Virus record (IMG/VR): IMGVR_UViG_3300005662_000026 | Source: an uncultured virus (IMG/VR IMGVR_UViG_3300005662_000026) | Lineage: Duplodnaviria > Heunggongvirae > Uroviricota > Caudoviricetes | Strand: one strand, 5' to 3' | DNA length: 64,000 nucleotides | In this document: positions 47,771 through 58,200 of the stretch, piece by piece | Layout: each line of letters begins with the position of its first letter | Numbering within the stretch: position 1 is the first letter of the stretch | Translations under genes and position numbers: made by a program | The notes under the pieces: generated by a model | The model's input: the letters and a program-made list of their open reading frames with translations, nothing else | Databases searched by the model: none | Told to the model about the DNA's origin: nothing

Positions 47771-49480
47771 ATGGATTGTCTTTGTTTTACGGTTACTAAT
47801 ACAAACAGTACTGATCAAGAAATAGAAATTAGTAACTGTTGTACATTTACTATAGAAACAATAGTAGTTCCTGCAGGTGAATCAATAACATTTTTTGGTG
47901 AACCTGGTTCACGTCCATCAGGAATAATAGTTACTGAAAATCCTCAATGGACAACATGTGAAGATTGTTATACACATAATTATAAATTATATAACTGTAT
48001 AAATAATCAAATAAAATATACTAATGATATAGAATGTCCAGATTGTTATAATTATGTTGGTAATATAGCTTATACAAGTATTACACCAAATCATTGTTGG
48101 TTAATAACTGAAACAATTCATACATCTGGAACAATAATACCTGTTGAAATACTTCCTGAACTTAATTGTACAGTATGTTTACTTAAATGTTATACAATAA
48201 CAGGTACTGGTAACATTACATATTTTAATGATTTTGAAGACGGATTAAATACAACTACAGCACCAGCAAGAATATGTTCAAGTATTTATCCTGAAGTTAC
48301 GGGTAATGACTTTCAGATATTTGATAATGGACCATGTGAAATATTTGAAAAATATACAACGTGTGTTGAAATATGTTACATGCTTACTAATTGTGATACT
48401 GAAGAAGTTATATACTCAGTTGATCAAGATTTAGCATTTCCATATAACTTAGGACAAACAGTTAAGTTAGCTGAGTTTGATGGATGTTGGACAATTACTA
48501 CAAGTGAGTTTTGTCAATCTCCAGTTAATACTACTGTGATTCAAGCATTTACAAATTGTCAAACTTGTAGTCCACCTGTATACTATAAACTACAATCATG
48601 TAGTCTATCTGAACCATTAACTTTATTTACATCTCAAGATATTTCTGCTTATGTTGGTAGAACAGTTACACTTGAAGAATATCCAGGATGTTTTATTGTT
48701 ACAGTATTTGAAACTAGTTTTCCTTCACCTGTAATAATTACTATTACAAATAGTTATGCTGATTGTCCTGAATGTGCTGCACAAAGATATAAGTTGATAG
48801 ACTGTGATGGTATTAGAAATTCAATTTATACTACAACAGATTTGTCTGCATATTTAACATCAGTTATAAAACTTACATTTTATCCTGATACATGTTGGAC
48901 GGTAGAAGAAACACAAGTAAATACATCTGATGATTTGGTTATTATAGATAGCCAATATGCATCATGTGAAGTATGTACAACTAATACTGTTTGTTTCTGT
49001 AGTGCTATAACAAACAATAGTGAGACTACTCAAACATTCCAATTTAGAGATTGTGATAATAATATTCAGTCTATTGTTGTAAATGCTGGTGAAACAAGTA
49101 GAAAATTCTGTGTACTTAAATGGTTATTCCCTGAAGGATGGACATTACCAAAACTATTCAGCAATAATGGGGATTGTGTTGACGGAAGATGTACACCTGA
49201 TGTACCATTTAAAAGTGTAAGACCAGGATACGCATCACCCGCATGTTCATCTGAATATTATGAAAGAATAGCATGTGCTTATTCAGAAATACTATACAAA
49301 GATGTAATTGCACAAAGATATGGTATTGCACCATGTTGTCCTGAAGAAGAACTATATAGACTTGATATTAAATATCAACTACTTGAGTTACAGGCAATTA
49401 ATAATCCAGATTACATATGTAGACCATATAAACCTTGCTGTCAAGAAAATGATAGTTGTGGATGTGGTTGTAATTCTTAA
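47771..49480 (+). CDS. Cys-rich repeat structural protein
   Basis: Repeated Y.L..C...DL..Y....V.L.....CW....C..C units. Confidence 0.7.
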   Translation: MDCLCFTVTNTNSTDQEIEISNCCTFTIETIVVPAGESITFFGEPGSRPSGIIVTENPQWTTCEDCYTHNYKLYNCINNQIKYTNDIECPDCYNYVGNIAYTSITPNHCWLITETIHTSGTIIPVEILPELNCTVCLLKCYTITGTGNITYFNDFEDGLNTTTAPARICSSIYPEVTGNDFQIFDNGPCEIFEKYTTCVEICYMLTNCDTEEVIYSVDQDLAFPYNLGQTVKLAEFDGCWTITTSEFCQSPVNTTVIQAFTNCQTCSPPVYYKLQSCSLSEPLTLFTSQDISAYVGRTVTLEEYPGCFIVTVFETSFPSPVIITITNSYADCPECAAQRYKLIDCDGIRNSIYTTTDLSAYLTSVIKLTFYPDTCWTVEETQVNTSDDLVIIDSQYASCEVCTTNTVCFCSAITNNSETTQTFQFRDCDNNIQSIVVNAGETSRKFCVLKWLFPEGWTLPKLFSNNGDCVDGRCTPDVPFKSVRPGYASPACSSEYYERIACAYSEILYKDVIAQRYGIAPCCPEEELYRLDIKYQLLELQAINNPDYICRPYKPCCQENDSCGCGCNS

Positions 49481-49514
49481 TTAAAATAATTATATTATAA
49501 TATATACAAAAGAT

Positions 49515-51212
49515 ATGAAACCATTAAATTTTGATAATTCTCCATGTAGTCCAACTTCTTCAAATTGTGTAATTTGGGCAGGTCCGGACTTAGCATGCAT
49601 AAATGTATGTAAAGGAGATAATATTACAGATGTTACTGCAAAACTAGCAACTGAAATATGTGCTATTTTAGATACGTTAAATATTAACTCATATGATCTT
49701 GACTGTTTCAATTTAACAAATTGTGCACCACAGACATTTCAAGATTTAATTAACTTTTTAATTGTCAAGATTTGTCAATTAGAAAATATACCAGTTACTC
49801 CAGTAGTACCAGATTCAGGTGATTGTCCATCAAATTGTATTGTTGATGTTGCACCATGTCTTGTTGAGAATGGTGTTACTACTATGTCATTAACAGACTA
49901 CGCAATTGCAATTGGAGATAGATTATGTTCTCTTATTGATACAGTTAGTTTACAACAAATAGCTATTACTGATTTAGATGTTAGGGTAACAGTATTAGAA
50001 AATACAGTTCCTCCATCATATACAACTCCTACAATGGAAATGGGTTGTGATATTGCAACTCTATCAACTGGTAGTACACAAGGTATTGATACAGTTATTA
50101 GAACATTTATAAATGATATTTGGTGTACATATGTAAGTACTACAGGTAATGCTGGATGTCTTGCTGCTGCTGTAGCAAGTCAAACTGTTGATGGAGGTGA
50201 TTCATCAAAAACAAATCCATTAGTAACTATGTCTGTACAATATGCAGGATTATGGATTGAACCTGCTTCAACAATATGTGACTCAATTAATAATATTTGG
50301 TTATGTATTGAAGATTTAAGAAATGCACCAGTACAATCTCCATTTAACTTATTAGGTACAGCAGTTGATGCGGGTAGTAATAAAACATCTGCAATTGAAA
50401 GATATAATTCTATTTACACAGTTGGTTATGATTCATATTTTAATTCTGTAAGAGTTGGTCTTGGTAATAGTAATGTAAGTTCAAATACAGCTATAGGTTC
50501 TTTTGCTTTGTTAAGTAACACTACTGGTTCATTTAATACTGCAGTTGGTAGATCTGCTTTAACAGCAAACACAACAGGTATTTATAATGTTGCTGTAGGT
50601 ACACGTGCATTAACTGCAAACAGTGTAGGACAAGCAAATGTTGCTATTGGGGATTACTGTTTAAATGCAAACTTATCTGGTGATTATAATATTTCAATTG
50701 GACATAATGCAATGTCACTTAATACAATTGGAAACAATAATGTTGGTATAGGTGAGCAAGCATTGTATAAACAAACAATTGGTAATTTAAATACTGCTAT
50801 TGGTTCATATGCAATGAATGATAACTTAACTGGTAGCAATAATACGGCAATTGGTAATCAAGCATTGTATAGTAACACTACAGGTGGTAATAATATTGCA
50901 ATTGGTGATATAGCAGGTAAAATAGATTTATTAGGTGCTGCAAATATAAATTCTAATACATCAATATATATTGGTAATAATACTAGGTCATCTACAACAT
51001 CTGATACAAATCAAATTGTAATTGGTTTTGCTGCAGAAGGTAAAGGTTCTAATACAATTCAAATTGGTAATACAAGTATAACAAGAACATATTTACAAGG
51101 TGATATTACAATCAGTGATGCTACAGCAGTTACAGCAGCAGTTGTATCTCAAACTAAACATTTTCCAATTGTAATAAACGGTGTGACTTATAAATTATTA
51201 CTTGCAGATTAA
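49515..51212 (+). CDS. Tail fibre: Cys-rich N-terminus and YadA-like C-terminal repeats
   Basis: SSNCVIWAGPDL.C anchor; NTAIG repeats; INGVTYKLLLA. Confidence 0.75.
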   Translation: MKPLNFDNSPCSPTSSNCVIWAGPDLACINVCKGDNITDVTAKLATEICAILDTLNINSYDLDCFNLTNCAPQTFQDLINFLIVKICQLENIPVTPVVPDSGDCPSNCIVDVAPCLVENGVTTMSLTDYAIAIGDRLCSLIDTVSLQQIAITDLDVRVTVLENTVPPSYTTPTMEMGCDIATLSTGSTQGIDTVIRTFINDIWCTYVSTTGNAGCLAAAVASQTVDGGDSSKTNPLVTMSVQYAGLWIEPASTICDSINNIWLCIEDLRNAPVQSPFNLLGTAVDAGSNKTSAIERYNSIYTVGYDSYFNSVRVGLGNSNVSSNTAIGSFALLSNTTGSFNTAVGRSALTANTTGIYNVAVGTRALTANSVGQANVAIGDYCLNANLSGDYNISIGHNAMSLNTIGNNNVGIGEQALYKQTIGNLNTAIGSYAMNDNLTGSNNTAIGNQALYSNTTGGNNIAIGDIAGKIDLLGAANINSNTSIYIGNNTRSSTTSDTNQIVIGFAAEGKGSNTIQIGNTSITRTYLQGDITISDATAVTAAVVSQTKHFPIVINGVTYKLLLAD

Positions 51213-51236
51213 TATTAAAATAAAAATTTTTCAATT

Positions 51237-52274
51237 ATGAATACATGTATAAAATGTGGTTGTGATAATTCTTATCCTTCATTGCCACCAAGTCCAACTC
51301 CAGCACCATGTCCAGATCCACAACCATGTGCAGAATTTTTTGACGCACAATGTGTAGTATATACATTACCTAATATTACATGTGATGAAACTACCGTAGT
51401 ATTTCAAGATGATACAGTAGCTGCAGCACTTCAAAATATTGTAGATTATTTCTGTGAAGCAATTGCAACATTAACAGATTATGTTAATGCACAATTAACT
51501 ATTATCAATAATAGACTTACAGTTATTGAAGGAGATATAGTAAATATAGAAAATGACATTACAAGTATTCAAGGTGATATTACTACTATTGAAGGTGATA
51601 TAACAACTATTGAAGGTGACATAACAAATATAACAACTCTTGTAGGTCAAGCAATGCCTGTAGGTTCTTTATTAGCTTGGGCTGGTAATCAAACTACAGT
51701 GGCTCCTCCAACTGGTTGGTTATTTTGTGATGGATCAACAGTAAGTAAAACTACGTATATTAATTTATACAATGCTATTAAGGATGATTTTAGTAATGGT
51801 GCTCCAATACCAACTAATCAATTTTACTTACCAAACTTAATTGAGAAAATACCATATGGAAGTACAGCAGGTAATGTTGGTAATCTTGTAGGTAATAATA
51901 CAATGAACGGAACTGTAGTAGGTACAGCAACTGTAAATATTGATATTAATAACTTACCAGAACATAATCACACATTAACTGAAGTAAGTATTACAGGAGG
52001 TACTCACGGACATCTTATTAAAGCAGACCCTAATGGTGGTGGAACAGGAAGTAATGATGGTTTTACATTAACACAAAATACTACTAGTGAATATAATGCA
52101 GGACCTACTGGTACTAACTGGATTTATGGTGGTGGACATACACATTCATTTAGCGCGTATGTTACACAAACAGGTGAAACAGGTACAACTCAAGCATCAG
52201 GAACTATCTCAGGTTCATTTACAGAAGACAATAGACAAGCTAGTGTATCAATAAGATACATTATAAAATATTAA
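51237..52274 (+). CDS. Tail fibre with phage tail-collar domain
   Basis: IEGDITT heptad repeats; MPVGSLLAWAG..PTGWLFCDG..FYLPNL; H.H motifs; YIIKY end. Confidence 0.85.
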   Translation: MNTCIKCGCDNSYPSLPPSPTPAPCPDPQPCAEFFDAQCVVYTLPNITCDETTVVFQDDTVAAALQNIVDYFCEAIATLTDYVNAQLTIINNRLTVIEGDIVNIENDITSIQGDITTIEGDITTIEGDITNITTLVGQAMPVGSLLAWAGNQTTVAPPTGWLFCDGSTVSKTTYINLYNAIKDDFSNGAPIPTNQFYLPNLIEKIPYGSTAGNVGNLVGNNTMNGTVVGTATVNIDINNLPEHNHTLTEVSITGGTHGHLIKADPNGGGTGSNDGFTLTQNTTSEYNAGPTGTNWIYGGGHTHSFSAYVTQTGETGTTQASGTISGSFTEDNRQASVSIRYIIKY

Positions 52275-52280
52275 AAGAGT

Positions 52281-52350
52281 GTCGCAGTTTGTTGGTTTCT
52301 GTGACTGACAACAAGACCCCGGTATATGCTCAATACCGGGGTTATTTTTT
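52281..52350 (+). ncRNA. Stem-loop with anti-leader loop followed by a terminator
   Basis: GTCGCAG-TTTGTTGGTTT-CTGTGAC, then ACCCCGGTAT/ATACCGGGGT and a T-run. Confidence 0.5.
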
Positions 52351-52433
52351 ATATATAAGTTTAAAGTACTATATTTGTTTTAGCATGCAGGCTTTTATAA
52401 GTCTGAAAAATTTAGTATATTAATATATAAGAT

Positions 52434-53021
52434 ATGGAAAGCAAAATATTTAAGAGACCAGATGTTAAAGGTAAAAGATTTAGAGATAATGTACATCATA
52501 CTTTAAATCCTAAATTCTATAAAGCATTTAAAAACAAGTATCCTAAGTATGCTGAAATAGATAATAAAGATTTAAGAAAAATATGTTTAGCTTTTAATAA
52601 TCTTTTTTGGGAAACTGTTATAGAAAATAGAGATGGTGTGCAGTTACCAGAAGGTTTAGGTAATATATTTATAGGCACATGTCAATCAAGTAAGAAAAGA
52701 AATATTGATTATGGCAAGTCTAATAAATATGGAATCATTGTTACAAATACAAACTGGGGCACTGATAATAAACTGGCTAAAATATTTTATACAAATTTTG
52801 CATCTAAGTATCACTTTCTTAATAGAGACTGTTGGGCTTTTAATGCATGCAGAAACTTTAAAAGAACTGTAGCAAAAACATACTCAACAAACTGGCCAAT
52901 ATATATTACTGTTGAACCAATGAAAAAGATACGTAAAATAGTTACAAGATCTAAACAGAGGGAATACATGAAGAGTGTTGAGGACAATAAATTAAAAACA
53001 TATAATGAATTTGATATATGA
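52434..53021 (+). CDS. IHF/HU-like protein of the tail module
   Basis: I...FN....E.VIENRDGVQLPEGLGNIFIG; position before the ring protein. Confidence 0.55.
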   Translation: MESKIFKRPDVKGKRFRDNVHHTLNPKFYKAFKNKYPKYAEIDNKDLRKICLAFNNLFWETVIENRDGVQLPEGLGNIFIGTCQSSKKRNIDYGKSNKYGIIVTNTNWGTDNKLAKIFYTNFASKYHFLNRDCWAFNACRNFKRTVAKTYSTNWPIYITVEPMKKIRKIVTRSKQREYMKSVEDNKLKTYNEFDI

Positions 53022-53689
53022 CAACAATTGGAGAAGCAATATCAAGAGTAAGAAATGCTCTTAAAGCAGTTAAAGAAGATCCATTCTTAACTGATAGAAC
53101 AATTTATTTTGCAATATCAAAGTATGGTAAAGCTTTATTAAAAAGAGAAGATAATCAGAATAGACTTATGAAAATAAGTTCTATATTTTCTGTATTAACT
53201 TATGTTGAGTTAATTGACATTGATAAAGTTGAAGCAGGATGTGCAGGTATTACATCAGGTTGTTACATTAAAAGAACTAAAGAAAAACTACCTAAGTTTT
53301 TTGATGGTTTAAATGGACCACTTATCCGTACTGTATCATCATTAGATACATCAGTAGAATTATTTAGAACAGATCCTGGAACTTATTCTTCTATGACTAA
53401 AGTAAATAGTTTTAAGTATAACAACAAGAAATATTTTTGGTATTTAAATGGATACTTATACTTACCTAATGTACCTTGGGAAGCAATTAAAGTGGAAGGT
53501 GTATTTGAAGATAACATATCAGGTTTTACCTGTGATACTTCAGAGGAGTGCAAATTTAGAAATGATGACCAATTGCCTTTCCCAGATTATTTATTTGGTG
53601 AGATTGAGCAATATGTGTTAAAAGAATTAACTATGTCTATCAATGTACCAAGCAATGGACCTGATGATAGTCAAAACTCATTAAGATAA
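53018..53689 (+). CDS. Tail ring/tubular protein
   Basis: KRTKEKLPK, YFWYLNGYLY, VEGVFED; position before the muzzle. Confidence 0.65.
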   Translation: MTTIGEAISRVRNALKAVKEDPFLTDRTIYFAISKYGKALLKREDNQNRLMKISSIFSVLTYVELIDIDKVEAGCAGITSGCYIKRTKEKLPKFFDGLNGPLIRTVSSLDTSVELFRTDPGTYSSMTKVNSFKYNNKKYFWYLNGYLYLPNVPWEAIKVEGVFEDNISGFTCDTSEECKFRNDDQLPFPDYLFGEIEQYVLKELTMSINVPSNGPDDSQNSLR

Positions 53690-54204
53690 TGGATTTTAAT
53701 TATACACTTAACTCAACAAAAATATGTTGTAGATGTAAAAATGAATTTCCATTAACTACAGAATTTTTTCATGCAGCTAAGTTTCTTGCTGATGGTTTCA
53801 ATAGTCATTGTAAAACATGTAGAAAAAAAAGTTACCATTTAAGAAGAACTCCTATACAAGATTTAGAAAAAACTTTAAGTCAAAGATTTAGTGATTTAAA
53901 ATCAAGGACTAAAAAGAAAAGATTAAATTATGGTGTTGAATTAGATTTTGATGTAAAGTATTTAATGGATTTATGGGAAAAACAATCAGGTAAATGTGCT
54001 ATATCTAACATAGATATGACATATATACTTTACAATGGAGCAGTTAACACAAATGTTAGTGTTGATAGAAAAGATTCATTAAAGGGTTACACTAAAGAAA
54101 ATATACAATTAACATGTGTTATAATTAATAAAATGAAACTTGATTTAACAATTGAAGATTTGACATATTATTGTAAACAAATAATTAAAAATAATGGATT
54201 TTAA
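53689..54204 (+). CDS. Free-standing His-Me finger (HNH/EndoVII-like) homing endonuclease
   Basis: C..C/C..C Zn finger; LWEKQ.GKCAIS; SVDRKDS.KGYTKENIQL.C..IN.MK. Confidence 0.8.
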   Translation: MDFNYTLNSTKICCRCKNEFPLTTEFFHAAKFLADGFNSHCKTCRKKSYHLRRTPIQDLEKTLSQRFSDLKSRTKKKRLNYGVELDFDVKYLMDLWEKQSGKCAISNIDMTYILYNGAVNTNVSVDRKDSLKGYTKENIQLTCVIINKMKLDLTIEDLTYYCKQIIKNNGF

Positions 54205-55210
54205 CTATACTTTGAAGCTAAGAACATTTGACCAGTTATTGGAAGATGTTACTATTGATTTAAATACTTATGCTCTTGAGAATATGATTGAGCCTCAACA
54301 ACTTATTAAAGTTGCTAAGAGGGTTACATATGATTTAGGTTTAAGAATACATATGACTAAAGAAGCAATTCTTGAAGTTGAACATTACAAGGTAAGGCTA
54401 CCTGATGATTTCTATACATTAAACTTTGGTTCTATATGTGGAAACTTTAGACAGGCTGTAGGTTACCATCACGGTGGTACAACTACTATGGAAGTACCTT
54501 ATAGTGAAGTACCAAGTACTGTTGATATATGTGCTCCTATTACAGTTAACTGTTCTACATGTAATGCAAATCCATGTAATCATACAGCAGCTTGTCAGGA
54601 TCATGTATCAGATTGTTCTCCTGTTGTGGTTCCTCCATATGATCCAAATAACCCATATGGTGATACTTGTATTAGACCAAGAGTATTCTCTAACTGTAAA
54701 GGTGATCAGTTTGAATTAATTCAAGTTGTACCTTCAGGTGAGACTAGAGTATATGAAGCATTGATTCCATTAAGATTCAGATCATCACAAGAAATAGAAT
54801 GTGATTGTCCTAATCTATATTTAAAAGTACCTAATGAGGCTTGGATTAAAAATGGATTCTTACATACTAATTTTGAATGTGGTAAAATATATCTTAACTA
54901 CCAGGGAACACTGGAAGATGAGAATGGTAACTTATTAGTTCCGGACCATGATCAGATTAATGAGTACTATGAGTATGCAATGAAACAAAGAATATTTGAG
55001 AACTTATATATGAATGGTGAGGATGTAGTACAAAAGTTACAACTTATTGAGCAAAGATTAAAAGCAGCAAGAAACTATGCACTATCTATTGTTAATACTC
55101 CTAACTTTGCAGAGATGAAAGGTTTATGGATGGCTAACAGAAGAGCACAGTACTCAAAATATTATGACATGTTTAAAAGTTTTAACTACAACAGCATGCG
55201 TTTATTATAA
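54194..55210 (+). CDS. Tail ring protein with Cys-rich insertion
   Basis: KVRLPDDFY, TNFE.GKIYLNY, DE.G.LLVPD pattern. Confidence 0.65.
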   Translation: MDFNYTLKLRTFDQLLEDVTIDLNTYALENMIEPQQLIKVAKRVTYDLGLRIHMTKEAILEVEHYKVRLPDDFYTLNFGSICGNFRQAVGYHHGGTTTMEVPYSEVPSTVDICAPITVNCSTCNANPCNHTAACQDHVSDCSPVVVPPYDPNNPYGDTCIRPRVFSNCKGDQFELIQVVPSGETRVYEALIPLRFRSSQEIECDCPNLYLKVPNEAWIKNGFLHTNFECGKIYLNYQGTLEDENGNLLVPDHDQINEYYEYAMKQRIFENLYMNGEDVVQKLQLIEQRLKAARNYALSIVNTPNFAEMKGLWMANRRAQYSKYYDMFKSFNYNSMRLL

Positions 55211-55222
55211 TACTTTTACATT

Positions 55223-58200
55223 ATGGCAAAGAAAAATATACAAAATACAAGTCAGAATGAAACTAATACTTTTGTAAAAGGATTAAATAAAGATTCTGAT
55301 CCTACGTTTATTTCAGAAGGTATGTGGACACACGCACGTAATGCTGTGAACAATACACTTGAAGGTAATATAGGAACTTTATCAAATGAAACATCTAATG
55401 TATATTGTGCAGAAGCAGGAGCTACATTATTAGGTAAAAAATATATTATTGGTACTATTCATTTATATTCTGATAAGTGGGTAATATTTACAGTAGCTTA
55501 TCCTAACAGTGGTGTAGGATTACCTACAGGACATGAAATAGGTTTATTTGAAGAAGATACTTGTAAGTATAGAATTATTGTACAAGATGCTTGTTTAAAC
55601 TTTGATAAGAGATATTTAATCACTGGTGCATCAAGAGAGAAAGAAGATTGCTCTTGGGCAGTATATTTTGCTGATGGGAACAATCCTGATAGATATATAA
55701 ATATTGGTGATGATGCATTATGGCCAGGTTCTACTTACTTATGGATTGGAAACAATACATACAGTAATGGTGTTACTGATATACAATGGCCAGGTGTACA
55801 ATGGAATCAAATATGTCATACTGATGGATGTCAACAAACTAGTCCCGGTGTATGGCCTCCTGGATGTCCTGAACCTAATGCATGTATAACTTGTGTGGAT
55901 GATACAACATTAAATTGTGAAGATTTAAGATTAGCAAGATTAATGAGTACGCCAACTATACAAGTTAAACCAGCTGTTGGAAGTGGTGAATTAAGAAATG
56001 GTTCTTACTTTGCTGTTATTGCGTATACTATTAAAGGTCAGAAAGTTACAGATTATTTTTCTCCAAGTAATACACAACCTATTTGGAATAAGAATGATGT
56101 ACAAGGAAGTATTGATATTTTAATTGATGCAGACAATGTACACTTTGATGAATTTGAACTTATAGTAGTGCAGATTATTAATCAAGGTGCTGTAGCTAAA
56201 AGAATAGGTTTATATTCTACAAGTACAAATGTAGTGCACTTAGATCAGATTAAAGATTCATTAATTACAATTCCTATTGAGCAAATACCAATTAGGAATA
56301 TTGTATATGAAACATCAGATCAAATTACTGAAGTTAACAATTACTTGTTAAGAATTGCACCTAGGTCTAAGTTTGATTTTAACTATCAACCATTAGCTAA
56401 CCAAATACAAACTCAATGGGTATCTGTAGAATATCCTTCTAACTATTATGTTGAAGGAGGAAGTAATACAAGTTACTTAAGAGATGAAGTATATACATTC
56501 TTTATAAGATGGGTATATAGTACAGGTGATAAGTCTTCATCATATCATATACCAGGTAGAGCTCCACAGACATTCCAAATACCAGGTACATCTTCTATAG
56601 TATCTGAAACTGCTACTAATGTAGATTTCAATACACTAGAAACTGATGATAAAGTATTTGAGGTATATAATACAGCAAGTGTACTATCTACTCCTGGTAC
56701 TGTATTACCAGATGGGGGTATTGTTAGAGCAACTGGAAGAATGGGTTATTGGGAATCTACTGAAAGTTATCCAGATAACAGACCTGATATTTGGGATGCC
56801 TCATCACAATGTTGGACAGGAACTACTGATCCGCAATATGATTTATGTGGTAAACCAATTAGACATCATAAGTTTCCTGATAACTTTAACACAGCTTCAA
56901 ATACTGATTTAACAAATCATTATTCTCAAGGTGGTGCTAATATTAGATTAATGGGAGTTACCTTTGGTAATATTATTTTACCAAAAGATAATGATGGTAA
57001 TGATATACCTGGAATTGTAGGTTATGAAATACTAAGAGGTTCTAGAGAAGGTAATAGAAGTATTATTGCTAAAGGTATGATAAATAACTTAAGATCATAT
57101 AACATAAGAGGTAATAATACTCAAGGTAGAATAGGTTTATACCCTAACTATCCTTTTAATACTATTACTCCTATATCAGATACAATTGGTGGTAATGTTA
57201 CAGGACAAAATGATCCATATATAAAATTAACTGATAAGAACAATAATGTTATAGATCAATATGTACCATCTAATTTTGTTACATTTCACTCACCTGATAC
57301 TAATTTCAGAACACCATACTTATCTACTACAGAACTAAAACTATATGGTAGATTATCTGGACAATCTGTACAGTATTTCCAAGAGCCTGCAGAACATCCT
57401 AACTTAAAATTAATTGCAGATGCTGCAGTAATCTTAATGTTTATAGGTGGTGTTATTCAAACACTATTACAACTTACTGGTAAAACAAAAGTTAGTAGTC
57501 AAAAGTCAACTGCAGCTAACGTAACTACTGTAGCAGGTACTACATCACCAAGTGTTATTATTGCACAAACTGCCTTAGCTGTTGCAACTGCAACTTATGA
57601 TACTGCTATAACTACATACTATACAGGACTAGGTCCTATACTTGATATGTTTACAGGTGGTGCCGCTTTAAAAGCAATACAAGGTTCTTATCAAATTGCA
57701 TTAGACGCAGCAGCAGCAGCAGGAGCAATTTCTCCATCTAATGCTACATTTGAAAAAGAGTATAGTGCATATGAACTTTTACCTCCAGTAGTAGGTGCAG
57801 CTTTTGCTATTAAACAATCTGCATATTATTTTTCTGAAGGTGCTAACTCAACACTAAGAATAATTTATGCGGGTTTACCTTATAGACAATTTGCATTACA
57901 AGCAATAGCAGAAGGTTTTTATAGTTCATTTCAACCACCGGTTGCTTCTAACAGAAGAAGATTTAATATTGATGATAGTCTATATTTAAGTGATAATATA
58001 CAAACTGTTAAACCATATAGTGGTAACAACTATGTAATTAATAATCTTAAAAGACAAAAAACGGTTCTTGTAAGAACTACTAATAATCTTAAAAATAATA
58101 CTGGTCCAGACTTTATTAATGCTGACCAGTCATTAGTTACATTAGGTACAGCAATACAAGCTGGTGGTAATCTAGGTTTAAATTTAAACTTAGATATGGA

